Part shown: positions 36,396 through 44,579 of the stretch, piece by piece
Layout: every line of letters begins with the position of its first letter
Position numbering within the stretch: the stretch's first letter is position 1
NCBI GenBank assembly: GCA_030650275.1
Contig: JAUSEK010000005.1
Location: 39,307 to 103,306 of the forward strand
Reading direction: 5' to 3'
Length of the DNA: 64,000 bases
From: Candidatus Omnitrophota bacterium
Lineage (GTDB): Bacteria; Omnitrophota; Gorgyraeia; Zapsychrales; Fredricksoniimonadaceae
Notes under the pieces: generated by a model
What the model was told of the DNA's origin: nothing
Databases searched by the model: none
The model's input: the letters and a program-made list of their open reading frames with translations, nothing else
Translations under genes and position numbers: made by a program

Positions 36396-37031
36396 CTATT
36401 TTTCTGAGTCCTTGATGAATTGACGGAAATTCTTGAAACTGTTAAAAGGAATATCCTTCACCAATCGATTAACAAGAAGTGCTGGGATAGACCCGCCGGG
36501 GTCGCTGTGTTGCTGGAAATAAATTTCTGTTTGACCGTCTGCCAAAGGCGTAAAACGCCAGACGGAATTGATCGCCTGCACGCGGACCATCCCCTTCTTC
36601 AAAGGAAGCTCATCAGGAAGGGCTTTGATGGAATAGCTGACCGCACCGTTTGTGTCCGATGATTTGCTGCGCCTGAATATAGAGTCCCTGTGCGCTACAG
36701 GCCAGGGCAGATCAAGTACGATATAAAGGACTTTGTCCTGCGGGCCTTCGTCCTTAAGCAGTCGGGCTTGCGTGCACTGATAATACCAGACAGGCAAGCC
36801 CTTTTCGTCTTCAAACAAGGCAACGATCTTGGCTAAAGGCGCGTCCACGATCATATCCCCCTTAAATTCAAGGATAGGAGAACCGTCAACCTTACGGGTA
36901 TAAACTGAAACTCCCTGATCATTGATCCTCAATTTCCAGGGGTTTTCGCCGGCATAAAGACCGCTGGAGAAAATAAAAAGAAACCCAATGATCAGGCACA
37001 TCCTCCTATTTCCAATCATCAGGCGGGCCAT
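36396..37031 (-). CDS. Secreted START/SRPBCC-like lipid-binding domain protein
   Basis: Signal peptide then a ~180-aa domain resembling START/Bet v1. Last gene of the haem-operon tail. Confidence 0.35.
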   Translation of the reverse strand: MARLMIGNRRMCLIIGFLFIFSSGLYAGENPWKLRINDQGVSVYTRKVDGSPILEFKGDMIVDAPLAKIVALFEDEKGLPVWYYQCTQARLLKDEGPQDKVLYIVLDLPWPVAHRDSIFRRSKSSDTNGAVSYSIKALPDELPLKKGMVRVQAINSVWRFTPLADGQTEIYFQQHSDPGGSIPALLVNRLVKDIPFNSFKNFRQFIKDSEK

Positions 37032-37033
37032 CC

Positions 37034-37891
37034 TTATCGTTGATTAGCAAGCAATTCTTTATTCGTAGGATACTGCTGTAATTTATTAAACAAGAACTGG
37101 GCGGATTCCACCAGGCCTAATTGCGCCAAAGCGCGCCTTAGGGCCTCCACCTGTTTATACTCGCCGGCTTCCAATAAGATCTCTTGTTTGCGGGTGGCGC
37201 TTTTTTTAATATCAATGGCGGGAAAAATACGGTGATTGGCGATCTCCCTTGAAAGCACGATTTCCATATTTCCCGTGCCCTTGAATTCCTCAAAGATCAC
37301 TTCATCCATGCGGCTGCCTGTTTCGATCAATATCGTCGCCAATATGGTGAGCGAGCCCCCGTTCTCTATCTTACGGGCAGAGCCGAAAATACTGCGCGGC
37401 TTTTGAAGCGACCGCGCGTCCATGCCGCCGGACAGGGTCCTGCCACTTGATGCTTTTTGGGCATTGTGCACCCTGGCCAATCGTGTCAGGGAATCAATGA
37501 CGATCATCACGTTAGCGCCTGCCCCGGCTTCTTGATAGGCCTTGCTCATCAGGGCATCCGCGATCTCAATGTGATTTTCATAACTTTGGTCCGATGATGA
37601 CCAGTGGACTTCACCGGCCGCATTCCGCTTGAATTCCGTCACTTCCTCCGGGCGCTCATCGATCAGCAAACAATACAATTTGATGTCCGGATGGCCTTTG
37701 GCAATGGACTGGCAAATATGTTTCAAGAACGTTGTCTTGCCTGAACCCGGAGGCGCTACGATCAACCCCCGCTGGCCCATCCCGATCGGACAGATCAGGT
37801 CCATGGCCCGCATGGTGAATTCTTTGCTGCCGTCTTCCAGGCGGATCCGCGGTTGAGGGTCAATGGGGATGCCGGCTAAGAATCGCTGCAT
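37034..37891 (-). CDS. Rho-factor paralogue consisting only of the C-terminal RecA-like ATPase domain (no N-terminal RNA-binding domain)
   Basis: Near-collinear with E. coli Rho residues ~127-419: [15 protein letters not shown] (Walker A), [13 protein letters not shown]-loop, R-loop [14 protein letters not shown], and the secondary RNA-binding loop. An in-frame TAA lies directly 5' of the ATG. Confidence 0.85.
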   Translation of the reverse strand: MQRFLAGIPIDPQPRIRLEDGSKEFTMRAMDLICPIGMGQRGLIVAPPGSGKTTFLKHICQSIAKGHPDIKLYCLLIDERPEEVTEFKRNAAGEVHWSSSDQSYENHIEIADALMSKAYQEAGAGANVMIVIDSLTRLARVHNAQKASSGRTLSGGMDARSLQKPRSIFGSARKIENGGSLTILATILIETGSRMDEVIFEEFKGTGNMEIVLSREIANHRIFPAIDIKKSATRKQEILLEAGEYKQVEALRRALAQLGLVESAQFLFNKLQQYPTNKELLANQR

Positions 37892-38235
37892 TTACGTGCG
37901 TAGTCGTCCTGGATGCGGATGATGTCGTCTTCGGTCAATTGCTCGCCGCAGGCCACTTCAATGAACACGAGTTTTTCATCTCCTGTATTGCCGATGCGAT
38001 GAACAGCACCAAGGGGAATATCAACCACCACTCCCGGCTTCACAGGGATCTCTTTTTGGTCAACAATGGCCAGCCCCTGCCCGGCCACAATGATCCATTT
38101 TTCGGACCTGTGCTGGTGTTTTTGCAAACTAAGCCGGGACTTGGGGTTGACCTCCACCCTTTTGACCCAAACTCCGGGTTCCTGGTGGAATTTGTGGTAT
38201 TGGCCCCAAGGCCTTTTGGATATTTCGCTGGTCAT
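37876..38235 (-). CDS. Cupin-domain protein (mannose-6-phosphate-isomerase-like small barrel)
   Basis: PWGQYHKFHQEPGVWVKRVEVNPKSRLSLQKHQHRSEKWIIVAG, the two-His cupin motif. Overlaps the hemL stop by 4 nt and the Rho-like start by 16 nt. Confidence 0.6.
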   Translation of the reverse strand: MTSEISKRPWGQYHKFHQEPGVWVKRVEVNPKSRLSLQKHQHRSEKWIIVAGQGLAIVDQKEIPVKPGVVVDIPLGAVHRIGNTGDEKLVFIEVACGEQLTEDDIIRIQDDYARKCSDS

Positions 38236-39530
38236 GGCTTTGATTGTAAGAAAAATTTAAGGATTTGGCCAGATAAATGGTCCAAATTTTTGGCTGTGTG
38301 TTGGGTGGACACAAAAAATGCTTCCAGGTCAGCCGGCGGCCAGTAAATGCCGTTTTTAAGCAAATGATGGAATAATCTGGCGTAGGTCTTGTCCGATGAC
38401 GCGGTTTTGGCATCCGCGTAATTCTTGACAGATCCCCAACGGAAACGCATGCTCATCATGCTTTTGTAATGGCTCAAGTGCGCGTCGATCTCGTTGTCCG
38501 CGAGCATTTGATTGAGGTCATCCGCAAAACGTTCGCATTTGCTGTTGAGGTCTTTATAGACGGCTGGTGTCAGGTTTTTTAATACTGCAAGACCGGTGCG
38601 CATGACCACGGGGTTTCCGGAAAACGTGCCGGCCTGATAGACCGGCCCCAAAGGCGCCAAATGGCGCATGATGTCCTTGCGGCCGCCATAAGCTCCGACC
38701 GGGAATCCCCCGCCGATGATCTTGCCCAAGCAGGTCATGTCCGGGACAATGCCGAGATCCGCCTGCACTCCCCCTGAATTCGTACGAAAACCCGTCATCA
38801 CTTCATCAAAGATGAGCACAATGCCGTATTTTTTGGTCAGGGTCCGCAATGTTCTTAAGAAGGCCTTGTCCGGCACGATGACACCCATATTGCCGGCCAC
38901 CGGCTCAACAATGACGCAGGCAATGTTTTTCCAATGGCGTTCGATGACGATGCTCAATCCATTAATGTCGTTGTAAGGCAAACTAAAAGTATTTTGCACG
39001 TGGCTGGCTGGTATGCCGCGGCTGGACGATGCCGGTAAACCGGCAACCCCTGAACCGGCCGTGGTCAAAAGGTCATCGCAATGGCCGTGATAACAGCCGT
39101 CAAATTTGACCACCTTGTCGCGGCCGGTGAACCCGCGCGCCAGACGAATGGCGCTCATGGCGGCTTCGGTGCCGGAATTGACAAAACGCACCATGTCAAC
39201 CGACGGCACGTGTTTGGTGATGAATTGGGCGATCTCAACTTCGGGCTTGGTGGTGGTGCCGAAACTACTGCCGTAGCCAATACCGGTTTTGGTGGCCTTG
39301 AAGGCCTGTGGATGATTGTGACCTAAAATAAGAGCACCCCAGGACAGGCAGTAATCCGTATAGGCATTTTTGTCTACATCAAAAATACGTGCTCCACTGC
39401 CATGGTCGGTCACAAAAGGATTGCCGCCCACGGCTTTGAACGCACGCACAGGGCTGTTCACCCCACCGACCATGACCCGGCTTGCTTGAGCAAATATTTT
39501 AGAGGAATTTTTGAAGGACATCTTTGGCAT
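38232..39530 (-). CDS. hemL: Glutamate-1-semialdehyde 2,1-aminomutase
   Basis: Class III aminotransferase fold, conserved along the full 432 aa. Confidence 0.9.
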   Translation of the reverse strand: MPKMSFKNSSKIFAQASRVMVGGVNSPVRAFKAVGGNPFVTDHGSGARIFDVDKNAYTDYCLSWGALILGHNHPQAFKATKTGIGYGSSFGTTTKPEVEIAQFITKHVPSVDMVRFVNSGTEAAMSAIRLARGFTGRDKVVKFDGCYHGHCDDLLTTAGSGVAGLPASSSRGIPASHVQNTFSLPYNDINGLSIVIERHWKNIACVIVEPVAGNMGVIVPDKAFLRTLRTLTKKYGIVLIFDEVMTGFRTNSGGVQADLGIVPDMTCLGKIIGGGFPVGAYGGRKDIMRHLAPLGPVYQAGTFSGNPVVMRTGLAVLKNLTPAVYKDLNSKCERFADDLNQMLADNEIDAHLSHYKSMMSMRFRWGSVKNYADAKTASSDKTYARLFHHLLKNGIYWPPADLEAFFVSTQHTAKNLDHLSGQILKFFLQSKP

Positions 39531-40491
39531 GATAACTGATGATGATATCCGCGCCGGCGCGTTTCATGCCGGTTAGGATTTCAAGGACTAGTGCTTTTTC
39601 ATCCACCCAACTGTTTTTTCCGCCGGAGGCGGATCCGCCTTTGGCGGAAGCCGCGGCTTTGACCATGCTGTATTCCCCGCTGACATTGTAGGCCACGATT
39701 GGCACGGTCAATTCCCGACGGAGCAAGGACACGATGTCCAGATAGGCCAAGGCGGGTTTGACCATGACCATGTCCGCGCCTTCCTTGATGTCCTGGCGGG
39801 CTTCCTTGAGCGCTTCGCGGCTGTTGGTCGGGTCCATTTGATAGGTTTTGCGGTCGCCGAATTCCGGGGCCGAGTGGGCCGCGTCCCGGAAAGGCCCATA
39901 AAACGCTGAAGCGTATTTGGCGGCGTAAGACAAAATGCAGGTGTCCACCAGCCCGGCTTTTTCCAATTTGTTGCGGATCGCGGCAATGCGAAAGTCCATC
40001 ATATCAGACGGTGCCACAATGTCCGCGCCGGCCTGGGCATGCACCAAGGCGGACTGGGCCAGAATGGGCAGGGTTTTGTCGTTGTCTATTTTTCCATTCT
40101 GCACAATGCCGCAATGGCCATGGCTCATATAACTGCACAAACACACATCAGTGATGACCAAAAAGTCAGGGAAATGTTTTTTAATGGCTTTGACGGCCTG
40201 GGGCACAATGCCTTTGGGGTCCACGGCCGAGGCGGCTTTTAAATCTTTTTGGGAAGGAATACCGAAGAAAAGGCCTGCCTTGCCCCCTGCCTTGACATAC
40301 GCGTCAAGTTCTTTGAGCAAAAGGTCCTTGGAAAAGCGGTGAATGCCGGGCATGGCATCAATGGCCTGTTTCTTGCCTTTGCCTTCAATGACAAAGAACG
40401 GCTGAACAAGATCATGGCTGGTCAAAGCCGTCTCTGCCGTCATTTTTCTTAATGTTTTGAACGCGCGCAGACGCCGGAAGCGATTATTCAT
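39499..40491 (-). CDS. hemB: Porphobilinogen synthase (delta-aminolevulinic acid dehydratase)
   Basis: Active-site lysines and a metal-binding Cys-rich loop (DVCLCSYMSHGHCG). Confidence 0.9.
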   Translation of the reverse strand: MNNRFRRLRAFKTLRKMTAETALTSHDLVQPFFVIEGKGKKQAIDAMPGIHRFSKDLLLKELDAYVKAGGKAGLFFGIPSQKDLKAASAVDPKGIVPQAVKAIKKHFPDFLVITDVCLCSYMSHGHCGIVQNGKIDNDKTLPILAQSALVHAQAGADIVAPSDMMDFRIAAIRNKLEKAGLVDTCILSYAAKYASAFYGPFRDAAHSAPEFGDRKTYQMDPTNSREALKEARQDIKEGADMVMVKPALAYLDIVSLLRRELTVPIVAYNVSGEYSMVKAAASAKGGSASGGKNSWVDEKALVLEILTGMKRAGADIIISYHAKDVLQKFL

Positions 40492-40493
40492 AA

Positions 40494-42518
40494 TCAGGTC
40501 AGCAAGGTTGTTGGTTCATAGCCGGCCTCTTTGAGGGCCTTGGCTGTGACCGGGCCTTTGGCCAAAATGTCCCAATGAGCCGGTATTGTACCATAATCGG
40601 CGAGGAAATTCTTCACTGTTGAAGGGCTGGTGAAGATCACCTGGTCAATGGGGACGGCCGGCAGGTCCCGTTTGGGTGGTTTTACATTTTCATAAACAGC
40701 CCATTCCATGACCTCGGCCCCGTTTTCGGTCAAAGCGTCTTTCAAGAAAGGATTGGGCAAAGATGAACGCGGAAAAAGAATGTGTTTGCCTTTGACGTCC
40801 ATGACGTCCAGCAAGGCCTCTAACAGCCCTTGGGCGGTTTCCTCTTGGGCCACAATAAACGGGATGATGCCGTATTCCAAAAGGCAATCCGAGGTGTGGG
40901 ACCCGATGGCGGCAAATTTTTTGCCGGCAAACGCGTCTCCTTTAATGGTTTTCATAAAACATTCAACACCAAAACGGCTGGTCACAACCACAAGATCGGC
41001 ACGGGCGAGATCTTTTTCAAGTTTATTCCTCTGCTTTTCATCAAAAATGACAGGTTTGATGTCAATGACCGGCCAATGGATGATGGTGCCGAATTTGCGG
41101 TAATACGACGGGTTTGTGCCCAGATATAGGATATTTTTGCCCGGAACATCCTGATAAAAATTTACCGTTGCCCCGGCGATGATCAAAGCCGGCGGCTTCA
41201 GGCCGGACTTTTTAGCCGCGGTTTCAATGTTTGCCAATGTCCCTTTGACAATACGCTCGTCGGGACGGGTGCCTTTGCTGATGATCATGATGGGTGTTGT
41301 GTCCGGCCATTTTGCTTTTTTAAGGGATGTGACGATCATATCCAGTTTGGTCAGCCCCATTAAAAAGATAATGGTGTCCACCTTGGGGATGGGGATGGGT
41401 TTTGTATGGGTGGCGCCCTCACCTTCCTCATGGCCGCTGATGAACGCCACGGACGAGGCAATGCCGCGGGCGGTCAAGGGCACCATGAGGTCCGCCGGGA
41501 TGCCGGTGGCGGAACTGATACCGGGGATAACCGAGACAGGGACATGATAAGAACGCAGATACGTTATTTCATCCGCCCCCCTGCCGAAAACCAGCGGGTC
41601 CCCGCCTTTGAGCCGCACAACATTTTTGCCGGCCATGGCTTTTTCCTTGAGCATGCGGGACAATTCTTCCTGGGAGAATGTGTGCTTGCCTTTGCGTTTT
41701 CCGGCATAAATGTGTTCAGCTTGGGGGGCGTAATTCAATAATCGCGTGTCCGCCAGATAATCATAGAAAACGCAATCCGCTTTTTTCAAGGCCTTGATGG
41801 CTTTGACCGTGATCAGGTCCGGGTCCCCGGGGCCTGCACCAGCGAGAATAACCTTGCCGTATCTGGTCCGCACGTCAATGGCCTTGAAAAGGTTGCGCAG
41901 GGCCGTGTCCTTGGCCCTTCCCACCACAGCCAATTGTCCCTGTAAAGCCATGCCTTCCCACGGGAATATGTCTTTGATCTTTTTTTCAAGGCCAAGGCGT
42001 TTCAGGGCGCAGGCGGCAACGACGATGCCGTCTACCTTACCCTGCTTGACCAACTCTATGCGTTCTTCAATGGTGCCGCGGATGTCAACGATATGAACGT
42101 CGGGACGTAACTCTTTGATCTGTTTTTGACGCAGGATACTGCTGGTGCCGACCTTTGTACCTTTCGGCAGGTCCGCGAACGCGCGCAAGCCCACCCAGGC
42201 ATCACGGTCATCCAGCGTTTCAGTTAAAGCAAAAATTTCCAGTCCGGCAGGAATATGCTGCGGCAGGTCTTTGGCGCTGTGCACGGCGATGTCAATGTCG
42301 CCTTTTAAAAGCGCCTGGTCCAGGGTGTCTGTAAAAAAATCATCCCCGGGCTGGCGCGTCAAGGATGTTTTCTTGTCACGGTCACCAGCGGTTGTGTATG
42401 TGATCAATTGGTATTGTAGAGACGCAGAATTCTGCGCCTCTACGAGACGGACGATTTCCTTAACCTGGGCCAGAGCCAAACGGCTGGAGCGCGACCCGAT
42501 CTTAAGAGACGATTTCAT
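40494..42518 (-). CDS. Trifunctional fusion: HemC-like domains 1-2 / uroporphyrinogen-III C-methyltransferase (CobA) / uroporphyrinogen-III synthase (HemD)
   Basis: Residues 1-215 align to HemC domains 1-2 (SRLALAQ...GTSSILRQ...). Residues 220-460 are CobA (VILAGAGPGDPDLITVKA). Residues 460-674 are a HemD fold. No HemC domain 3 or cofactor cysteine is present. Confidence 0.75.
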   Translation of the reverse strand: MKSSLKIGSRSSRLALAQVKEIVRLVEAQNSASLQYQLITYTTAGDRDKKTSLTRQPGDDFFTDTLDQALLKGDIDIAVHSAKDLPQHIPAGLEIFALTETLDDRDAWVGLRAFADLPKGTKVGTSSILRQKQIKELRPDVHIVDIRGTIEERIELVKQGKVDGIVVAACALKRLGLEKKIKDIFPWEGMALQGQLAVVGRAKDTALRNLFKAIDVRTRYGKVILAGAGPGDPDLITVKAIKALKKADCVFYDYLADTRLLNYAPQAEHIYAGKRKGKHTFSQEELSRMLKEKAMAGKNVVRLKGGDPLVFGRGADEITYLRSYHVPVSVIPGISSATGIPADLMVPLTARGIASSVAFISGHEEGEGATHTKPIPIPKVDTIIFLMGLTKLDMIVTSLKKAKWPDTTPIMIISKGTRPDERIVKGTLANIETAAKKSGLKPPALIIAGATVNFYQDVPGKNILYLGTNPSYYRKFGTIIHWPVIDIKPVIFDEKQRNKLEKDLARADLVVVTSRFGVECFMKTIKGDAFAGKKFAAIGSHTSDCLLEYGIIPFIVAQEETAQGLLEALLDVMDVKGKHILFPRSSLPNPFLKDALTENGAEVMEWAVYENVKPPKRDLPAVPIDQVIFTSPSTVKNFLADYGTIPAHWDILAKGPVTAKALKEAGYEPTTLLT

Positions 42519-42542
42519 GGGGACTATTATAGGGGAAGCGGA

Positions 42543-44579
42543 CTACTTTTTCATCAATTCTTTGATGGCGGGAAGGTGTTTGAGGGCGGCCTGTTCGCCG
42601 GCTTTGATGAGCTGGTCAACTTTGTAGAGCTCAAACCACTGGATGCCGCGCAAATCCGGATGGATGACCACGTCGGCCTGTTTGGCGCATTCTTCGGCGA
42701 TGACGTATTCGCTGGCCTGCAGGGTGCGCACGATGATGTCGGGAATGTTGGGCGTGAATGGTTTGACCAGCAAATTCCCCAGACGGAAACTCAAATAGTG
42801 CCAGGGATGTTTGAGAAACGGCACCCGCGCGCGTCTTTTGAATTCCTCTTTTTTCTGGTCGTAGCCCCAGGAAACCTCCTGCGGGGACTGCAGAACATTG
42901 ACCGCGATGATCTTTTTGACGCCCATGTCCACCAGCACATTGGTCGGCAAAGGGTTGAGGACGCCGCCGTCAATGATCATCCTGTCCTCTTCCATGACAG
43001 GCGGGATCACGCCCGGGATGGTGATGCTCCGGCGCACGGCCTCGATCAACTCCCCCTGGTCAATGATGATCTCCTGGCGGTGGAACAGGTCATACGCCAC
43101 GACCTTTAAGGGGATCCTGGTATGATGAAAAGTTTGATCACGGAGTTTGCCTTTAAGCCACTGGACGATCCCGTATCCGCTCATCAGGCCCGCCATGGGC
43201 ATTAGGGGACGGTACAATTTGATCATGATGGCAGATATTTTTTCAAATTCACGTCCGCATTTCTCTATGCCCTGGCCGTCATAACCGGCGGCCCAAAGGC
43301 TGGCCAACAACGCTCCCATACTACTGCCGACCACCACGTCAACGGTGATGTTTTCCTGTTCCAAAATTTTGATGACGCCGATATGGGCCAGACCCAAAGC
43401 CGCCCCGCCGCCCAAAACAAGCCCCACCAAAGACCCGCTGATCTGACGGGCCAAACGCCGTATTTTAAACCCGTATTCGCTGGAAGGGTCCGCGGCGATC
43501 ATGGAAATGCCTTCATTGACTTGCAAGGTGTTGAATTCTTCGGGTTTTAAATGCGGCAGAAAAAGGAAAATGTCGTAATTGAGGAGTTTTTTGATCTCTT
43601 CCGGAGGCAGTTCAAATTTTTCCTGCACTCCGCTGATAATGATCTGGACCTTATCGGGCTGGAATTTATCTTTGAGGGACTCACTCAAATGGTCAATGAC
43701 CTCGCGGGTCATTTCCAGGTCTTTTTCGCGGCTCATGGCCACCAAATGCACCACATCTGACTGGGTCAATGTTTTCATGACCACATCGTCCATTTCATTA
43801 GGCAAGTCCACGACGACATAATTATAGTCATTGGCCGGCGCGCTGACGAATTGGCTGATGCGGTTGACCAAGGCCGGGGTGCCCGAATCAAATTTGACGT
43901 AAAGAAGGTCCACCGGCGCTTTGTCTTTCACAATGGCGTTCATGATCTTATCATGATCATTAATGATGTCAGACAGGTTGATCAAAGGTTCGCGGGGGTC
44001 CGAGGACAAGCTTAAGAGAAGGACTTTCTTATGAGTTTGTGATTTCAGGGAAAAGGCGATATTAGCGGCATAGGTGGAAGAGCCGGATCCCTTTAAAGGC
44101 GAATACACCGCGATGATGGTGCTTTCCTGCGAATCCTTGGTGTGGGTAACGTGTCTGCGGATACGCCGGGACAAACTTTGGCTTAAGGCCATGGCCAGCC
44201 GCGGAGTGACTTTGAGAAGCTCGGCGAAATCCGTTTTTTCTATCTTAAGGACCACCGAGTCATTGATGGCCTCATAAGTGTGCGAATGGTTCTCCCCTGT
44301 CAGCGTTGAGATGACGCCGAAATGCATGCCGCGCAAAAGGAAATCCACTTCTTCTTTTTGGCCCGCGGGGTTTAAGGCGTAGGAATACACGCGGCCGGAA
44401 ATAATGACGTAAAAAGCGTCCGCCGGGTCACCTTGTTTGCAGAGGATGTCCCCTTTGCAAAACTCAACAAGGCCGGCCTGGCGGGAAATGCGATTCAACT
44501 CAAACCAGTTGAGCCCTTCAAAAAGGGGGATCTGTTTGAGAATAGCGCGTTTATTAAAAAATGACGGAAGCGCGGTCAT
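42543..44579 (-). CDS. Cyclic-nucleotide-binding domain / patatin-like phospholipase fusion protein (NTE-like)
   Basis: N-terminal cNMP-binding domain (FCKGDILCKQGDPADAFYVIISGRV) and a C-terminal patatin (GLVLGGGAALGLAHIGV...GSSMGA, GxSxG). Confidence 0.8.
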   Translation of the reverse strand: MTALPSFFNKRAILKQIPLFEGLNWFELNRISRQAGLVEFCKGDILCKQGDPADAFYVIISGRVYSYALNPAGQKEEVDFLLRGMHFGVISTLTGENHSHTYEAINDSVVLKIEKTDFAELLKVTPRLAMALSQSLSRRIRRHVTHTKDSQESTIIAVYSPLKGSGSSTYAANIAFSLKSQTHKKVLLLSLSSDPREPLINLSDIINDHDKIMNAIVKDKAPVDLLYVKFDSGTPALVNRISQFVSAPANDYNYVVVDLPNEMDDVVMKTLTQSDVVHLVAMSREKDLEMTREVIDHLSESLKDKFQPDKVQIIISGVQEKFELPPEEIKKLLNYDIFLFLPHLKPEEFNTLQVNEGISMIAADPSSEYGFKIRRLARQISGSLVGLVLGGGAALGLAHIGVIKILEQENITVDVVVGSSMGALLASLWAAGYDGQGIEKCGREFEKISAIMIKLYRPLMPMAGLMSGYGIVQWLKGKLRDQTFHHTRIPLKVVAYDLFHRQEIIIDQGELIEAVRRSITIPGVIPPVMEEDRMIIDGGVLNPLPTNVLVDMGVKKIIAVNVLQSPQEVSWGYDQKKEEFKRRARVPFLKHPWHYLSFRLGNLLVKPFTPNIPDIIVRTLQASEYVIAEECAKQADVVIHPDLRGIQWFELYKVDQLIKAGEQAALKHLPAIKELMKK

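Noticed and set aside
37876-37891. Cupin and Rho-like ORFs as one frameshifted fusion gene
   Set aside because: A TAA stop sits directly before the Rho-like ATG in its frame, and the cupin ends with its own TAG. The 16-nt overlap is typical translational coupling. A programmed frameshift cannot be excluded but nothing supports it (no slippery heptamer).
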